A stretch of DNA of 63,697 nt, counting the filler, from Hyphochytrium catenoides (taxonomy: Eukaryota; Protista; Hyphochytriomycota), in assembly GCA_900088475.1 (NCBI GenBank). It is 8 parts of 8 records of this genome, joined end to end, with 100 filler letters (N's around TTAATTAATTAA, not from the genome) between each part and the next. Parts side by side here need not be neighbours in the genome. Positions count along the whole stretch, not along the records: positions 1 to 22,097 come from FLMG01000865.1; positions 22,198 to 29,869 come from FLMG01000012.1; 6 more parts are not named here. The stretch is one strand, 5' to 3'. Positions 12,661-23,352 of the stretch are shown here, piece by piece; within the stretch, counting starts at the first letter, position 1, and each line of letters starts with the position of its first letter. A program made the translations under genes and the position numbers. The notes under the pieces are model-generated. The model was given only the letters and a program-made list of their open reading frames with translations, made no database searches and was not told where the DNA came from.

Positions 12661-12960
12661 TGATGCTCCAAACGATCACAATCGATACTCCTCCTCCATC
12701 GTGCTTCACGGTGCTGGATCTCCACCTGTCATCTGACTCTGAAGATCTACTTTGCCTAGGCCTTTCTAAGAGCTTGTTCGCTATCCGTCATTCTATCTCA
12801 AGGTGATCTTCTGCCCGTCCCTTCCGCGCCGGTTGGAGTCACCGACATACCTTAGCTCTCAGCTGTCATCATGACTCGTGACCGATACACATCATCTTTC
12901 CAAAGGCAGAGTCGAAGATTTGCCCGATAATAATACGCTCCATGTCGCGGCTGAAGGCTG
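12661..12960 (-). mobile_element. Possible degenerate Tc1/mariner transposase relic
   Basis: Minus strand 12661-12720 reads STVKHDGGGVSIVIVWSI, resembling the Tc1 motif TVKHGGGSIMVWG. Surrounding frames are broken and no TIRs were found. Confidence 0.3.
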
Positions 12961-13920
12961 AAGCTACCGATCGAGGGCTAATGTCCGTCTTACTCTAGGA
13001 GCCTGAGGATCTGAGAGATCTGCGGCTGTGCCGAAGATTCGATTGGCGCGAGAGGCTGAGGAATCTGCGACGAAGAGACAAGGAATCTCCTTTCTGTTCA
13101 AAATGCAGATATTTTCCCTCTCGTGCTTCTCTGTCTCTGGCCCTCTTACCTCTCAGCTACATCTGTCTCAATGGTATTATCTAGTACTGCTTATATTGGA
13201 CATGTCTCTCTCCACTAGGGCTCTATTATTATCTATCTCTTTCTATTCTGTCTCGTTTCCATAACGCATAGCAGGTGGTCCCACCCACCAACACATCTCC
13301 CTCACCCGCCCGCACATCCGACAACCAGCTTTGAAAGCAGAATATCTAAACCTTAACCTCTCCCAACCTAGATGGATCAGATGAGAATGGCAATTACCCA
13401 GTAGATTAACCGCTCAGCCAGTACGGACTGAGGAAGTGCTTCTTTAGCTGTTTATCCTGAGGATCAGCCACAATAGTTCCCCAGCCACTTGGAATTACTT
13501 AGACGCTCCATTCCCGTCTACCTAGAGATAGACCGCCCCAAAGGTGGGGGTGTCAAGTGCTGTACTTCCGTATCAAAATTTGCCTTTCAAAAGATTCGCT
13601 CCTACATACAGAACTGTGGGTCTATCTCATTCACACTTTTTAACCATCTATCCAAAAGTCTGTCTCCCTTTTTGATAAATCTCGCCAACCAAAAAGGCTA
13701 TCCATAAGAGAGATAAAACGGCATTCTCTGTCTCTGAGATCGTGCAATATTCCCTGCCTCTGTCTCCCAAGTTGGGTCTACTCTGTCTTCCCCACTGGCT
13801 CTCTCCCCTGTCACTCTCACACTTGCCAACCGCCGAGCGCATCATCACCGCCCAGCCCCTAACAGCCCAGCACCGAACCGTCAGCCAGACATAGGAAGAG
13901 AGACAACCACCGCAGAAGGG

Positions 13921-13947
13921 AGCAGGAGAGAGAGAGAGAGAGAGAAG

Positions 13948-13979
<32 letters not shown>

Positions 13980-14053
13980 AGAGAGATAGTGTGAGAGAGA
14001 AGGAGACAGAGAAAGAGAGTGAGAGGAGGAAAGAGAGAGGGAGAAAGGAGAGA

Positions 14054-14096
<43 letters not shown>

Positions 14097-14180
14097 TGTG
14101 AGAGAGAAAGAGACAGACTAAGAGAGAGAGAGAGACAGGAGAGAGAGAGAGAGAGAGGCTCTACTACTAGGAGAGAGAGA
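13921..14180. repeat. (AG)n microsatellite tract
   Basis: Read directly. Confidence 0.95.
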
Positions 14181-14478
14181 CTCAGAAATAACGCAGGTAA
14201 TGAATGCCAAAGGCTGATGCGACGCTGACCGCCCCACAGTCCCACACTGGAAATCCCACTTTTCAGAGTCAAAGCTCCTTTGGCAGTGACGAAGACCGAT
14301 GTTTGCGCTCCGATGAGCTTCATCACTCAATCAAAGAAGTCTGCAATCAAGAGAAATGGCGCTGTAAAAGTATAAGGAAAGGCAACTACCCTGCCAACCA
14401 GTCTGTCTTTCTCTCTCTCTCCTTGTCCTTAGGACTCCTGAAGAAGGCGAACTTGACTCCCATTTGAAGCGAGACAGA

Positions 14479-15345
14479 ATGGACTCAGCAGGGGCAGAAT
14501 GGGTGAAAGAGGTTGGGGAGATGGTCACCTCCGTCTTCTCGGAGCCTTTGGTGCAAGTTACTCTTATCTCCTCGCTCACAGGACTCACGGTGATCTACGC
14601 AGCTGTCCTCATGATATTCTCTGAGGAGATGAAGCAAGCAAGAGCCAGATCCTGGGTGGTCACGCTCATCGCGTCCGTTGTTCTCTCTCTCTCTTCTCTC
14701 CCATTCCTGCTGGAGTTCCTCTACTATGGCGGGGGAGATGTACGGATACTGCATCACTCTTCTCTCTCTGCTCTGAGCGAGGGAGATGATCTGATGATGT
14801 CCTTCTCCCTCATCGTCTCTTCTTTCTTCATGGCCTACCTGATCGCCGATATTATGTTAGGCTTGATCTCTTATCCGACCGAATTAACGCTGGTGACGGG
14901 GTGGATCCATCACACCGTTTACTTGGGGCTCCTCACCGTGCTGATCTATCACCGGTTAGCGCCTGCTTTCTGCCTCATGGCCTTCCTCGAGGTGCCCACG
15001 GTGGTGCTGGCGCTGGGACATCTCTCTAAAGCGCACCGGAGAGACAATCTCTTTGGTGCACTCTTCTTTCTCTCTCGCATCGCCTTCCACGGCTATATGA
15101 TCCATCAGTTCTATCATCACTTCCCTGGTCTCTGGTGGAGATGGTTTGCAGGTATCTATCCCCTGCATCTCTACTGGTTTTCTTCTTGGGTGAGAAAGCA
15201 GGTGTCTCTCTATCGAGAGAAAAGAAAAGAGGCTCCTCTCTCGAGAAAGAGTCTTCTAGATGAACCAAGAATGGCACGATTGCATAGACAGACTGACAGG
15301 CTCCTAAAGATGGCCATGGCTCCACTGCGCAGGCGGCACGCTTAA
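14479..15345 (+). CDS. TLC (TRAM/LAG1/CLN8) domain membrane protein, intronless
   Basis: Motifs ARSWVVTL, YLIADIMLG..SYP, TGWIHHTVY, LEVPTVVLALG and FGALFFLSRIAFH. First ATG at 14479. Confidence 0.88.
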   Translation: MDSAGAEWVKEVGEMVTSVFSEPLVQVTLISSLTGLTVIYAAVLMIFSEEMKQARARSWVVTLIASVVLSLSSLPFLLEFLYYGGGDVRILHHSSLSALSEGDDLMMSFSLIVSSFFMAYLIADIMLGLISYPTELTLVTGWIHHTVYLGLLTVLIYHRLAPAFCLMAFLEVPTVVLALGHLSKAHRRDNLFGALFFLSRIAFHGYMIHQFYHHFPGLWWRWFAGIYPLHLYWFSSWVRKQVSLYREKRKEAPLSRKSLLDEPRMARLHRQTDRLLKMAMAPLRRRHA

Positions 15346-15955
15346 CTCTGGAAAGAGAGAGAGCAAGAGAAGAAATGGAAGAGAGTGGAGTTATGGGTTG
15401 TCTTCTCCAGCCGTCAGTTATTTTGCATCAAGTCGATATAGAGCTTATGTTTATATGGAAGAGAGAGAGAGATTGCGTTCTCTGTCCTGGCCCTTCTAGA
15501 TCCTGAGTCACCTGCATTCGGTGCTCAACAATGCTTCTTTGTAGAATAAAGTCCAATTATCAATCTTTCCTTGGCACGTCTTTCTCTCTCTCGGCCTTTT
15601 CTCTTCATCAAGCTTTAAGTGAGAGAAGGATAACCTTCTTACAGGTATTTATTGCTTTTGAATCTCTGGTAGGGAGAGCTAATAGCTCCTAAGGTGAACT
15701 TGACAAGCAGAGATAGCGGAAGGGAGCACTAGGGCAAGGAGAGAGAGAGAGAGAGAGACGAACGGGAAAGAGGACTCGTCAACCCCCTGGGTCAAGTAGG
15801 AACAAAGCAGGCAGATAGGTGTTAAGACATAGTACGAATGGAAAAGCCAGGCAGTAAGGTCGAGCTTGCTAAAACCTGTGTTTGGAGAGAGAGGTGGAGA
15901 TTGGTGAAGAGAGAGAGAGAGAGAAAGAGAGAGTGAGGAAGATGTTCTACACCGG

Positions 15956-16517
15956 TCATTTGACTAGGCGCTCCATCTCCACCAGAAGAGTAGGCTCCAT
16001 CGGCAGCGTGATAGTCTTTCGATAGCCAGCCTTCTTTGGGTCAAATGACGGGCTTAGCTTGATATTGAAGTTCATCAGCAGCAGCGCCGTCACCGCCTTG
16101 ATTTCCAGGTAGGCCATTTGCTGGCCCAGACACGTTCGAGGCCCAGCTTGAAAGACAGGGAACTTGAAGGCGTTGGGATGGGAATACCTTGCAAGCAGAA
16201 GGAGAGGGAAGACAAGAGGAGAATAAAGAGATAAGAGACCGGGATAGGAGAGAAAGAAGGGCGATGAAGAAAGAGAGGGAGGCAGAGAGAGAGATGAGAA
16301 GAGAGGAGATTCTATCAATATCTGGAGGAGGAAGATAAGATTAGGGAGCCTAGCCATACGGAAGAGAGTGTGGTGGGGGAAGGGAGAGATGTTGAAGGAG
16401 GAATGTGGCACCGGGTTTAAAACGAAGAAAGTGGCCGAGACAGAGTAGAGAAGAAAGAAGACGATTGTGGAGAGCACCAAGTGGACCCAGAGAGAGAGAG
16501 GGAGAGAGAGTGAGAAG

Positions 16518-16549
<32 letters not shown>

Positions 16550-18530
16550 CACAGAGAGAGAGATGGAGAAAGAGAGAGAGCAATTCTAAGAGGAGATACA
16601 GCGCGAGAAATTTGACACAGAAAGAGAGAGAGAGAGCACAGCCAGGAGAAGATAAAGGGAGAAAAACAGGGAGGAGAAGATTGAGGCAATGCGGCGCCTA
16701 TCAAGGCTGAGACAGGGAAGGTGTCAGAGAGATAGAAAAGCGGACTTCAGGAGTGGAATAGAGTGGTACCGTCCATCCTCCGTAAGATGCCTGCAGGGTT
16801 TATATTCTAGGGCATCGTCGCCCCAGATATCTTTCAGCCTTCCCATCGTGTAAGGCGAGTAGCACACCAGAGAGCCCGCAGGGACCAGGTAGCCGTCGGG
16901 GAGAATATCATCAGACACGCACTGAGGAGAGAGAGAGAGGAAGAAGCACAAACGGAGCCGCAGAGAGCGTAATGAGTGAGAGTAAGAGAGAGAGCCTACT
17001 AAATGGCAAAGCGAGAAAGAGAGTGTGAGTCAAAAGGAAGTCAATGCAGAGTTATGATACCCTGCTAGAGCGTGGACTGAGGAGACGATCAGAAGAGGAG
17101 AAGTGGTCACGTGCAATTATGATCATAAAGTAGCTCCCAGATAAAGAGCCGAAGGATAGAAGCGAGAGCTTCAAGATAGGACAGACAAAATAAGACGGAC
17201 AGAGAGCCAGGAAAGCAAGACAGAGAATGAAGAGAGACCAAGAGACACAGAGAGCGAGAGAGAAAGAGAAAGAAAGAGAGAGAGAAAGAGAGAAAGAAAG
17301 AAAGAGAGTGACAGAGAGAGAGAGAGAGAATGTGAGAGAGAGAGAGAGAAAGAAAGAAAGAGAGAGACAGAGAGAGAGACACACACAGAGAGAGAGAGAG
17401 AGAGAGAGGAGAGCTGGATTGATTAAGTTGCGATGAACCGTAGAGAGAGGACACTGAAGGACAACCTCAAGAAAGAGAGAAGGCGTGGAAAAGAGAGGAC
17501 GCGCAGATCGACCTACGCTCTTGATATCGCTGGGGACTGGAGGATGCAGTCTTAGCGTCTCTGTCACTGCTGCCTGAAGATAGTGGAGCTCTCCCAGCTG
17601 CTCATAAGAGGGACACTCTCCATATATCTCTCCCATTACCTTCCTCAGCTCCTCTCTCAGCTTCTCCTGCTCCTCAGGACGCTGTAGAAGCTCGAAGAAG
17701 GTCCAAGAAAGAGCGTTGGCGGTGGTGTCTCTCCCTGCCAGGATGAAGTTTATCACCACGTCTCTTAGGAACTTGTCTCCATAAGGCGAGCCGTCCTCCT
17801 GCTTGAGACCCATGAAGCGCGAGAGAAGGTCAGATTTTCTCTTGAGTTCTTCCTGAGAAAGCTTTCGTCTCGCTGCGATGACGGAGTAACAGAACTTGTC
17901 GATAACTTTGAGAGACTGGGAGAGAGTGCGCTCGGGGCCAATGTTGAAGAATCGGAGCATCTGTGCGATGAGCGAAAAATTGGAGAGATATGGTGGGCGA
18001 CTGGTGATGTGGCCAGAAAGAGAGAGAGAGAGAGAGAGAGAGACTGAGAAGCAAGAACGAGAAGGATGACANNNNNNNNNNNNNNNNNNNNNNNNNNNNN
18101 NNNNNNNNNNNNNNNNNNNNNNNNNNNNNNNNNNNNNNNNNNNNNNNNNNNNNNNNNNNNNNNNNNNNNNNNNNNNNNNNNNNNNNNNNNNNNNNNNNNN
18201 NNNNNNNNNNNNNNNNNNNNNNNNNNNNNNNNNNNNNNNNNNNNNNNNNNNNNNNNNNNNNNNNNNNNNNNNNNNNNNNNNNNNNNNNNNNNNNNNNNNN
18301 NNNNNNNNNNNNNNNNNNNNNNNNNNNNNNNNNNNNNNNNNNNNNNNNNNNNNNNNNNNNNNNNNNNNNNNNNNNNNNNNNNNNNNNNNNNNNNNNNNNN
18401 NNNNNNNNNNNNNNNNNNNNNNNNNNNNNNNNNNNNNNNNNNNNNNNNNNNNNNNNNTTGAGCATGAAAGCCAAGAAGATGTAGCGGAGAGGAAAGAGGA
18501 AGCCAGAGCGAGCGACGGAGCGAGCGAGTG

Positions 18531-18582
<52 letters not shown>

Positions 18583-18652
18583 GGCGAGAGACAGAGAGCG
18601 AGAGAGACTGCTTGACACGAAAAGAGAGAGTTTGACAGGTAAAGGTTTAGTG

Positions 18653-18683
<31 letters not shown>

Positions 18684-19779
18684 CTCTTAACACAGAGAGG
18701 AGAGAGCCCAGTACCTTCCAAAAGACAGGCATCTGGATTCTGTCGCTGGTGAGCGCAGTGGCTTTATCAAAGGCCTCAGAGAAGAGAGGAGGATGGAGAG
18801 AGAGAGAACCCAGATCGACCCCGAAGCCCACTTTCCCGATAAACTCTAAGGTATAACGCTGAAAGATGTCCTGAATGTCAATAGTGACGGCCCTCGCTCT
18901 TCTCTCTCCTCCTCTTCCAGTCCCCTCCTTGTACTCCATCCCTTTCTCTCTCTCTTCTTCGTTGTTGTCTCTTCTCTTTTCCGATAATTGCGGGTTCTCT
19001 TGCAGGAGAGAATCGAGAAGAGAGAAGAGTTTCTCTCCTGTCTCTCTGAGGATAACGCACTGGTACTGCTTGAACTTGTTCACACTGAACTCATAGGAAG
19101 CCGTCTTCCGATGCATCCTCCACAGCTGTTCATCAGAAACATGGAAGCCCGTGAAGAATTGATGGAAGAAGAGGAGAGACAGGAGATGGAGAAAGAGTCT
19201 GGTTAAAGTCATGACCATGAACGGAGCGAGAGACGCGAGAGAAAGAGAGAAAATTTGAAAAATGGAAAGATGAAAAACTTCCGCATTCATGGGGGAAGAG
19301 AGAAGAGAGAGAGAGAGACGAGAATATGTATGAAAGAGGACTAGAAATGATTGCAGTGAGAATAGGAGGAGAAAAACAAAGAGAGAGAAGAGACTGATGG
19401 TCGGCAATGAATGAGAGAGAAAGAGAGAGACAAGGAGGAGAGAGGGGAAGAGAAACTTGCTGCAGAAGAACAACAGGAGAGGATAAAGAAAGGGAAGAAG
19501 AGGTGACAATTCTCTGACCGCGCCGTCGCTGTTGAAGATCCCGTCACCTAAGAGATCTTCGAAGACTTCCAGAAAGAGAGGGCCCTGCGGTGGTAAGCGG
19601 TTACTATGAGGAAGAAAATGGTGATGAGACTTGTTCTCTCTCTCTCTGGGTTTTTGCCCAGCTCTCGCTTGTCTCTCTATATACGTCTCCTTCTAAGCTT
19701 TCTCTTACCCTCCCGTCTTTCGTAGTCCCCTTTCCCTTGTGGTGCGTCGGGTTTTCTATCTCTTCTTCTTTCTCTGTCT

Positions 19780-19837
<58 letters not shown>

Positions 19838-20892
19838 ACCCTGGCCCTAACCCTTCCCTCTGTCTCTCTTCCTTTCTCTCTGTCTCTCTATCTCTGTTCG
19901 TCGTTCTTCTCGCTCTTGCCCTTATTATACACTAGCCTATTCTCTCGCCGCCCTTCTTTCCCCTGCCCCTACTCAATCTCTCTCTCTCTCCCCTCCCTCT
20001 CTCTGTGTATCTGTTTCTCTCTCTCTCTCTGTTTCTCTCTCTTTCTCCCTCCGTGTCTCCCTCTTGTCTAATTTGTCTACCTTGGGATAATTGTCAAAGT
20101 TGGTCTTTAGAATATGCTCCACATTCTTCGGATCATTAACGCCGATGATGATGTTGGAAGGGGAGAGCTCATGGAAAGGAAGAAGATGACGGAACGTCTT
20201 TCTCCCCGTCTTTCTCTCTGTCTCCTCCGCGGCTAACCTCGACTCATCGTGGATGGGAAGTCTGTCTCTCCGAAGAGGGAAAAGATCATCGAGCATGTGA
20301 CCCAAAAGAGGAATTTGGAGGTGTCCGTACTTGGGAGGAAGGTTTTTTCTTGAGAAAGGAAGGGAGAGATGAAAGAGATGATAAACAGATTGAGCGCCGC
20401 AGGGAGACACAGAGAGAGAGGCAGGACAGACAAAGAGGACAGAGAGGGAGGCAGGGAGAGAGACAGGCAGAGAGAGAGAGAGAATTAGGAAATTAGTGTT
20501 GAGAAGGAGAAGGATGGAGGAGAGCGCAGAGGATACGAGGCACCATCTTGGGAGTCTGGAGGACTAGAAGGAGGGAGAGAGCCAGTAATAAAAGGGAGAG
20601 AGAGAGGAGACGGAAAGAGAGGAATCGGCGACGGTGGGCGAGACCATGAAAAGAGAACCAGGGAAGGATAAGAAGCTGTTCATTGGAAAGAGATAGAGTG
20701 AGAGATCAGACAAATAGGCTACCGGGAGAATATTTCTGTGTAGTTCCCAACGACGAGCCAGAGTACAAAGCTGCCCCATAGGAAGGCGAAAAAGATTGGT
20801 AGGGCGTGATAGAAGAGGAAAGAGAGATCTCCACGAAGAAGCTTCTCCAGCCCTTCCTCTTCTCTTCCCTCTTCCTGCAATGGGAAAGACAT
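15956..20892 (-). CDS. Cytochrome P450, CYP86-clan/CYP704-like (fatty-acid hydroxylase type), about 8 exons including a ~27-nt micro-exon
   Basis: Spliced product has an N-terminal anchor, NVEHILKTNFDNYPK|GPLFLEVFEDLLGDGIFNSDGA|LWRMHRKTASYEFS, I-helix AGRDTTA, K-helix ETLR and heme motif FQAGPRTCLG. An N gap (18072-18457) lies within an intron. Confidence 0.93.
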
Positions 20893-21067
20893 CCTCTCTT
20901 CTTCCAGACAAGGACCCGATAAGTCTAAGGAAAAAAGGGTAAGGGAAGAGCGAGAGCGATACTGGGACGAGAGAGAAGAAAGACTGCAGGCAAAACCCAA
21001 AACCCAGAAGAGACAAGAGAAAGAAGAAATGCGCGCTAGGAGAGAGAGAATGATTGAGATAGGAGAC

Positions 21068-21119
<52 letters not shown>

Positions 21120-22097
21120 AGGAGTAGACGACAAGAGAGTCTGACGAGTAGACAGACCCGGAGGAGAGAGTCGCAAAGGAGAGAGAAGGGGTGAGAGGCG
21201 CAGAATGGGCCCCCGAGGATGGTCCTAAGCAAGAAGCAAACAAACAACCAAAAAAGCAAACAAGTAAGAGACAGAGGAGCGAGACCAGTGGGAGAAGAGA
21301 GGGAAAGAGAGAGAGAGACTGAAGAAAGAAATGTGTTGAAAGGAGAAAAAAAGACAGAGTCTACTCGAGAGAGAACCTTACTTGAGAAGAATAGGAGAGC
21401 TACGTTCCTCTGTTTGCCCCGAGGTTTCTTTCTTTTCTTATCTCTAGGAGAGGCGGCGCCGTTCGCTTGCTGAAGAGTCAGGAAATGCAAAACTGGGGCT
21501 CGGTCCTCTAAGGCAAAGGAAGAAAGAGAGAGAGAGAGAGGGAGAGAGNNNNNNNNNNNNNNNNNNNNNNNNNNNNNNNAGAGAGAGAGAGAGAGAGAGA
21601 GACAGAGACAGAAAGAGGAAGAGAGGAGGGAAAGAAGCTTCATCATCAGCTCTGCAGACAGAGAAGACATGGAGACCATAACAAAGAAGGAGCGAGGAGG
21701 GAGACAGACCGGGAAGAGCTTTCTACGTTGACGACTGTGAATTTTGGAAAGGTTTTTAGGCATCACGCTCACAATATTCACAATAATAAGCCAATAATAT
21801 TGTCAAATATTATACACGCAGAGGGGAGGATACAGCTGTGTAAATGATAGAGCTGGCTGTAATGTCAAAAGCGTTGTTAAATATAGTGAGAATCAATGAG
21901 TTCCAAACACGACAGTCTGGATCCCACGTGACGATTTAGGCAAGGATGGGCTGGTTTTCTATGGCAAACTCTTAGGAGATTTAGAACAAGTCACCGACGA
22001 ACCTAATCTCCAGGGCCATTAGGAGAGATCCTTCACGGCGGGTTGGTGCGGCCGTGACTGAGATCTTTACCCAAAGAAGTTGCAGTGCCCCCTCTCT

Positions 22098-22197
22098 NNN
22101 NNNNNNNNNNNNNNNNNNNNNNNNNNNNNNNNNNNNNNNNNTTAATTAATTAANNNNNNNNNNNNNNNNNNNNNNNNNNNNNNNNNNNNNNNNNNNN
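22098..22197. other. Artificial contig-join spacer; identical spacers at 29870-29969, 37221-37320, 52403-52502, 55110-55209, 57170-57269 and 58359-58458
   Basis: Each is 100 nt: 44 N + TTAATTAATTAA (all-frame stop linker) + 44 N. Confidence 0.98.
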
Positions 22198-22239
22198 GGA
22201 GCAGGTTCGAGCTGAGATGATGGAAGAGCCTAAGGCTTC

Positions 22240-22403
22240 TTAGCTTCTCTTCTCTTCTTCTTCTGCCTCTTCTTCTTCACTTTCTTCTTCTTCTAGAATT
22301 AGTCTGTTAGTAGCGATAGTAGTAATTCTTAGCTTTTCTTCTCTTCTTCTGCCTCTTCTTCTTCTTCACTTTTCTTCTTCTTCTAGAATTAGTCTGTTAG
22401 TAG
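22240..22403. repeat. Two-copy ~90-bp tandem repeat (CTT-rich unit ending tctagaattagtctgttagtag)
   Basis: Near-identical units start at about 22240 and 22330. Confidence 0.75.
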
Positions 22404-22583
22404 TGAGACGTAAGTAGTTTTTCATACTGTAGTTATAAAACTGTCAAAAAATAAGAAACAAACAAAGGAATGGAAGGGCTTCCTCTCCACACTGATAACC
22501 TATTATTGATTATCGATGAGTGGAGGAAGCGTGTTGCTGGGGGTTTCTCTAAAGTGGTCGTAAAGGTGTNNNNNNNNNNNNNN

Positions 22584-22614
<31 letters not shown>

Positions 22615-23352
22615 ACTCTCTCTCTCTCTCTCTTTCTCTCTTCATCACTCTGCCTTCACTCTCGTTGCCTCCGCTCTCCATCACGCTTTTTCTCCTGCCC
22701 TCTCAGTCTCTTTTTCCCCCGTCCGTGCCTTCTTCCAAAGTCTTCGTCGCTCTCTGCATTGAGACAGGAACAATAACCTGTTATGTGTGTCAGCACCATC
22801 GACGATGAGGAGAAAACCTGAGGCAAACTGACGAAACCAGCAGGGTAAAGAGAGGCAGGCGGTGGATGATGAGCGATAAGAGCAGGCGGGCGAGAGAGAT
22901 GTGACAACCTGCTGTGGTGGCTGTGCTGTCTCTGGATAGAAAGCGGTTGGATGTGGTGGCCACGCCGCAGCACGCTGACACGGTTATGACGACGACATGT
23001 ACAGCGAACCCCGCTGCTGCTGTTCCCACCAACCCATCTCTCCTCATCTTGACGTCGCCTCTCTCGCTTCTGTGTCAATCATCATCTTTGGGGTTATGCT
23101 ATTCCTCTTGCTGCTGCTGCCAGACGCCAGAGCGTTTCCGTAACCTGTCAAGCAAGGCACGAAATGAGCACTGACTACTACGGATATCTACAAGATCTTA
23201 GAAGCATAAACAGTTTGGCGTGAGGTTGCTTGGGGGTGATGACAAGCGTCTTTGTATGAAAGGTTGACGCGTCAAAGCTAAGCTCTCCATAGCCTTCCCT
23301 ACCTTGTAATAACCACTGGGTTTACTCAGGACGTTTCTTAGGCAAGTAATGA

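Noticed and set aside
15585-15615. ctcggcctttt resembling the U2 snRNA 5' end
   Set aside because: No GTAGTA branch-pairing sequence or Sm site follows; chance match in CT-rich DNA.
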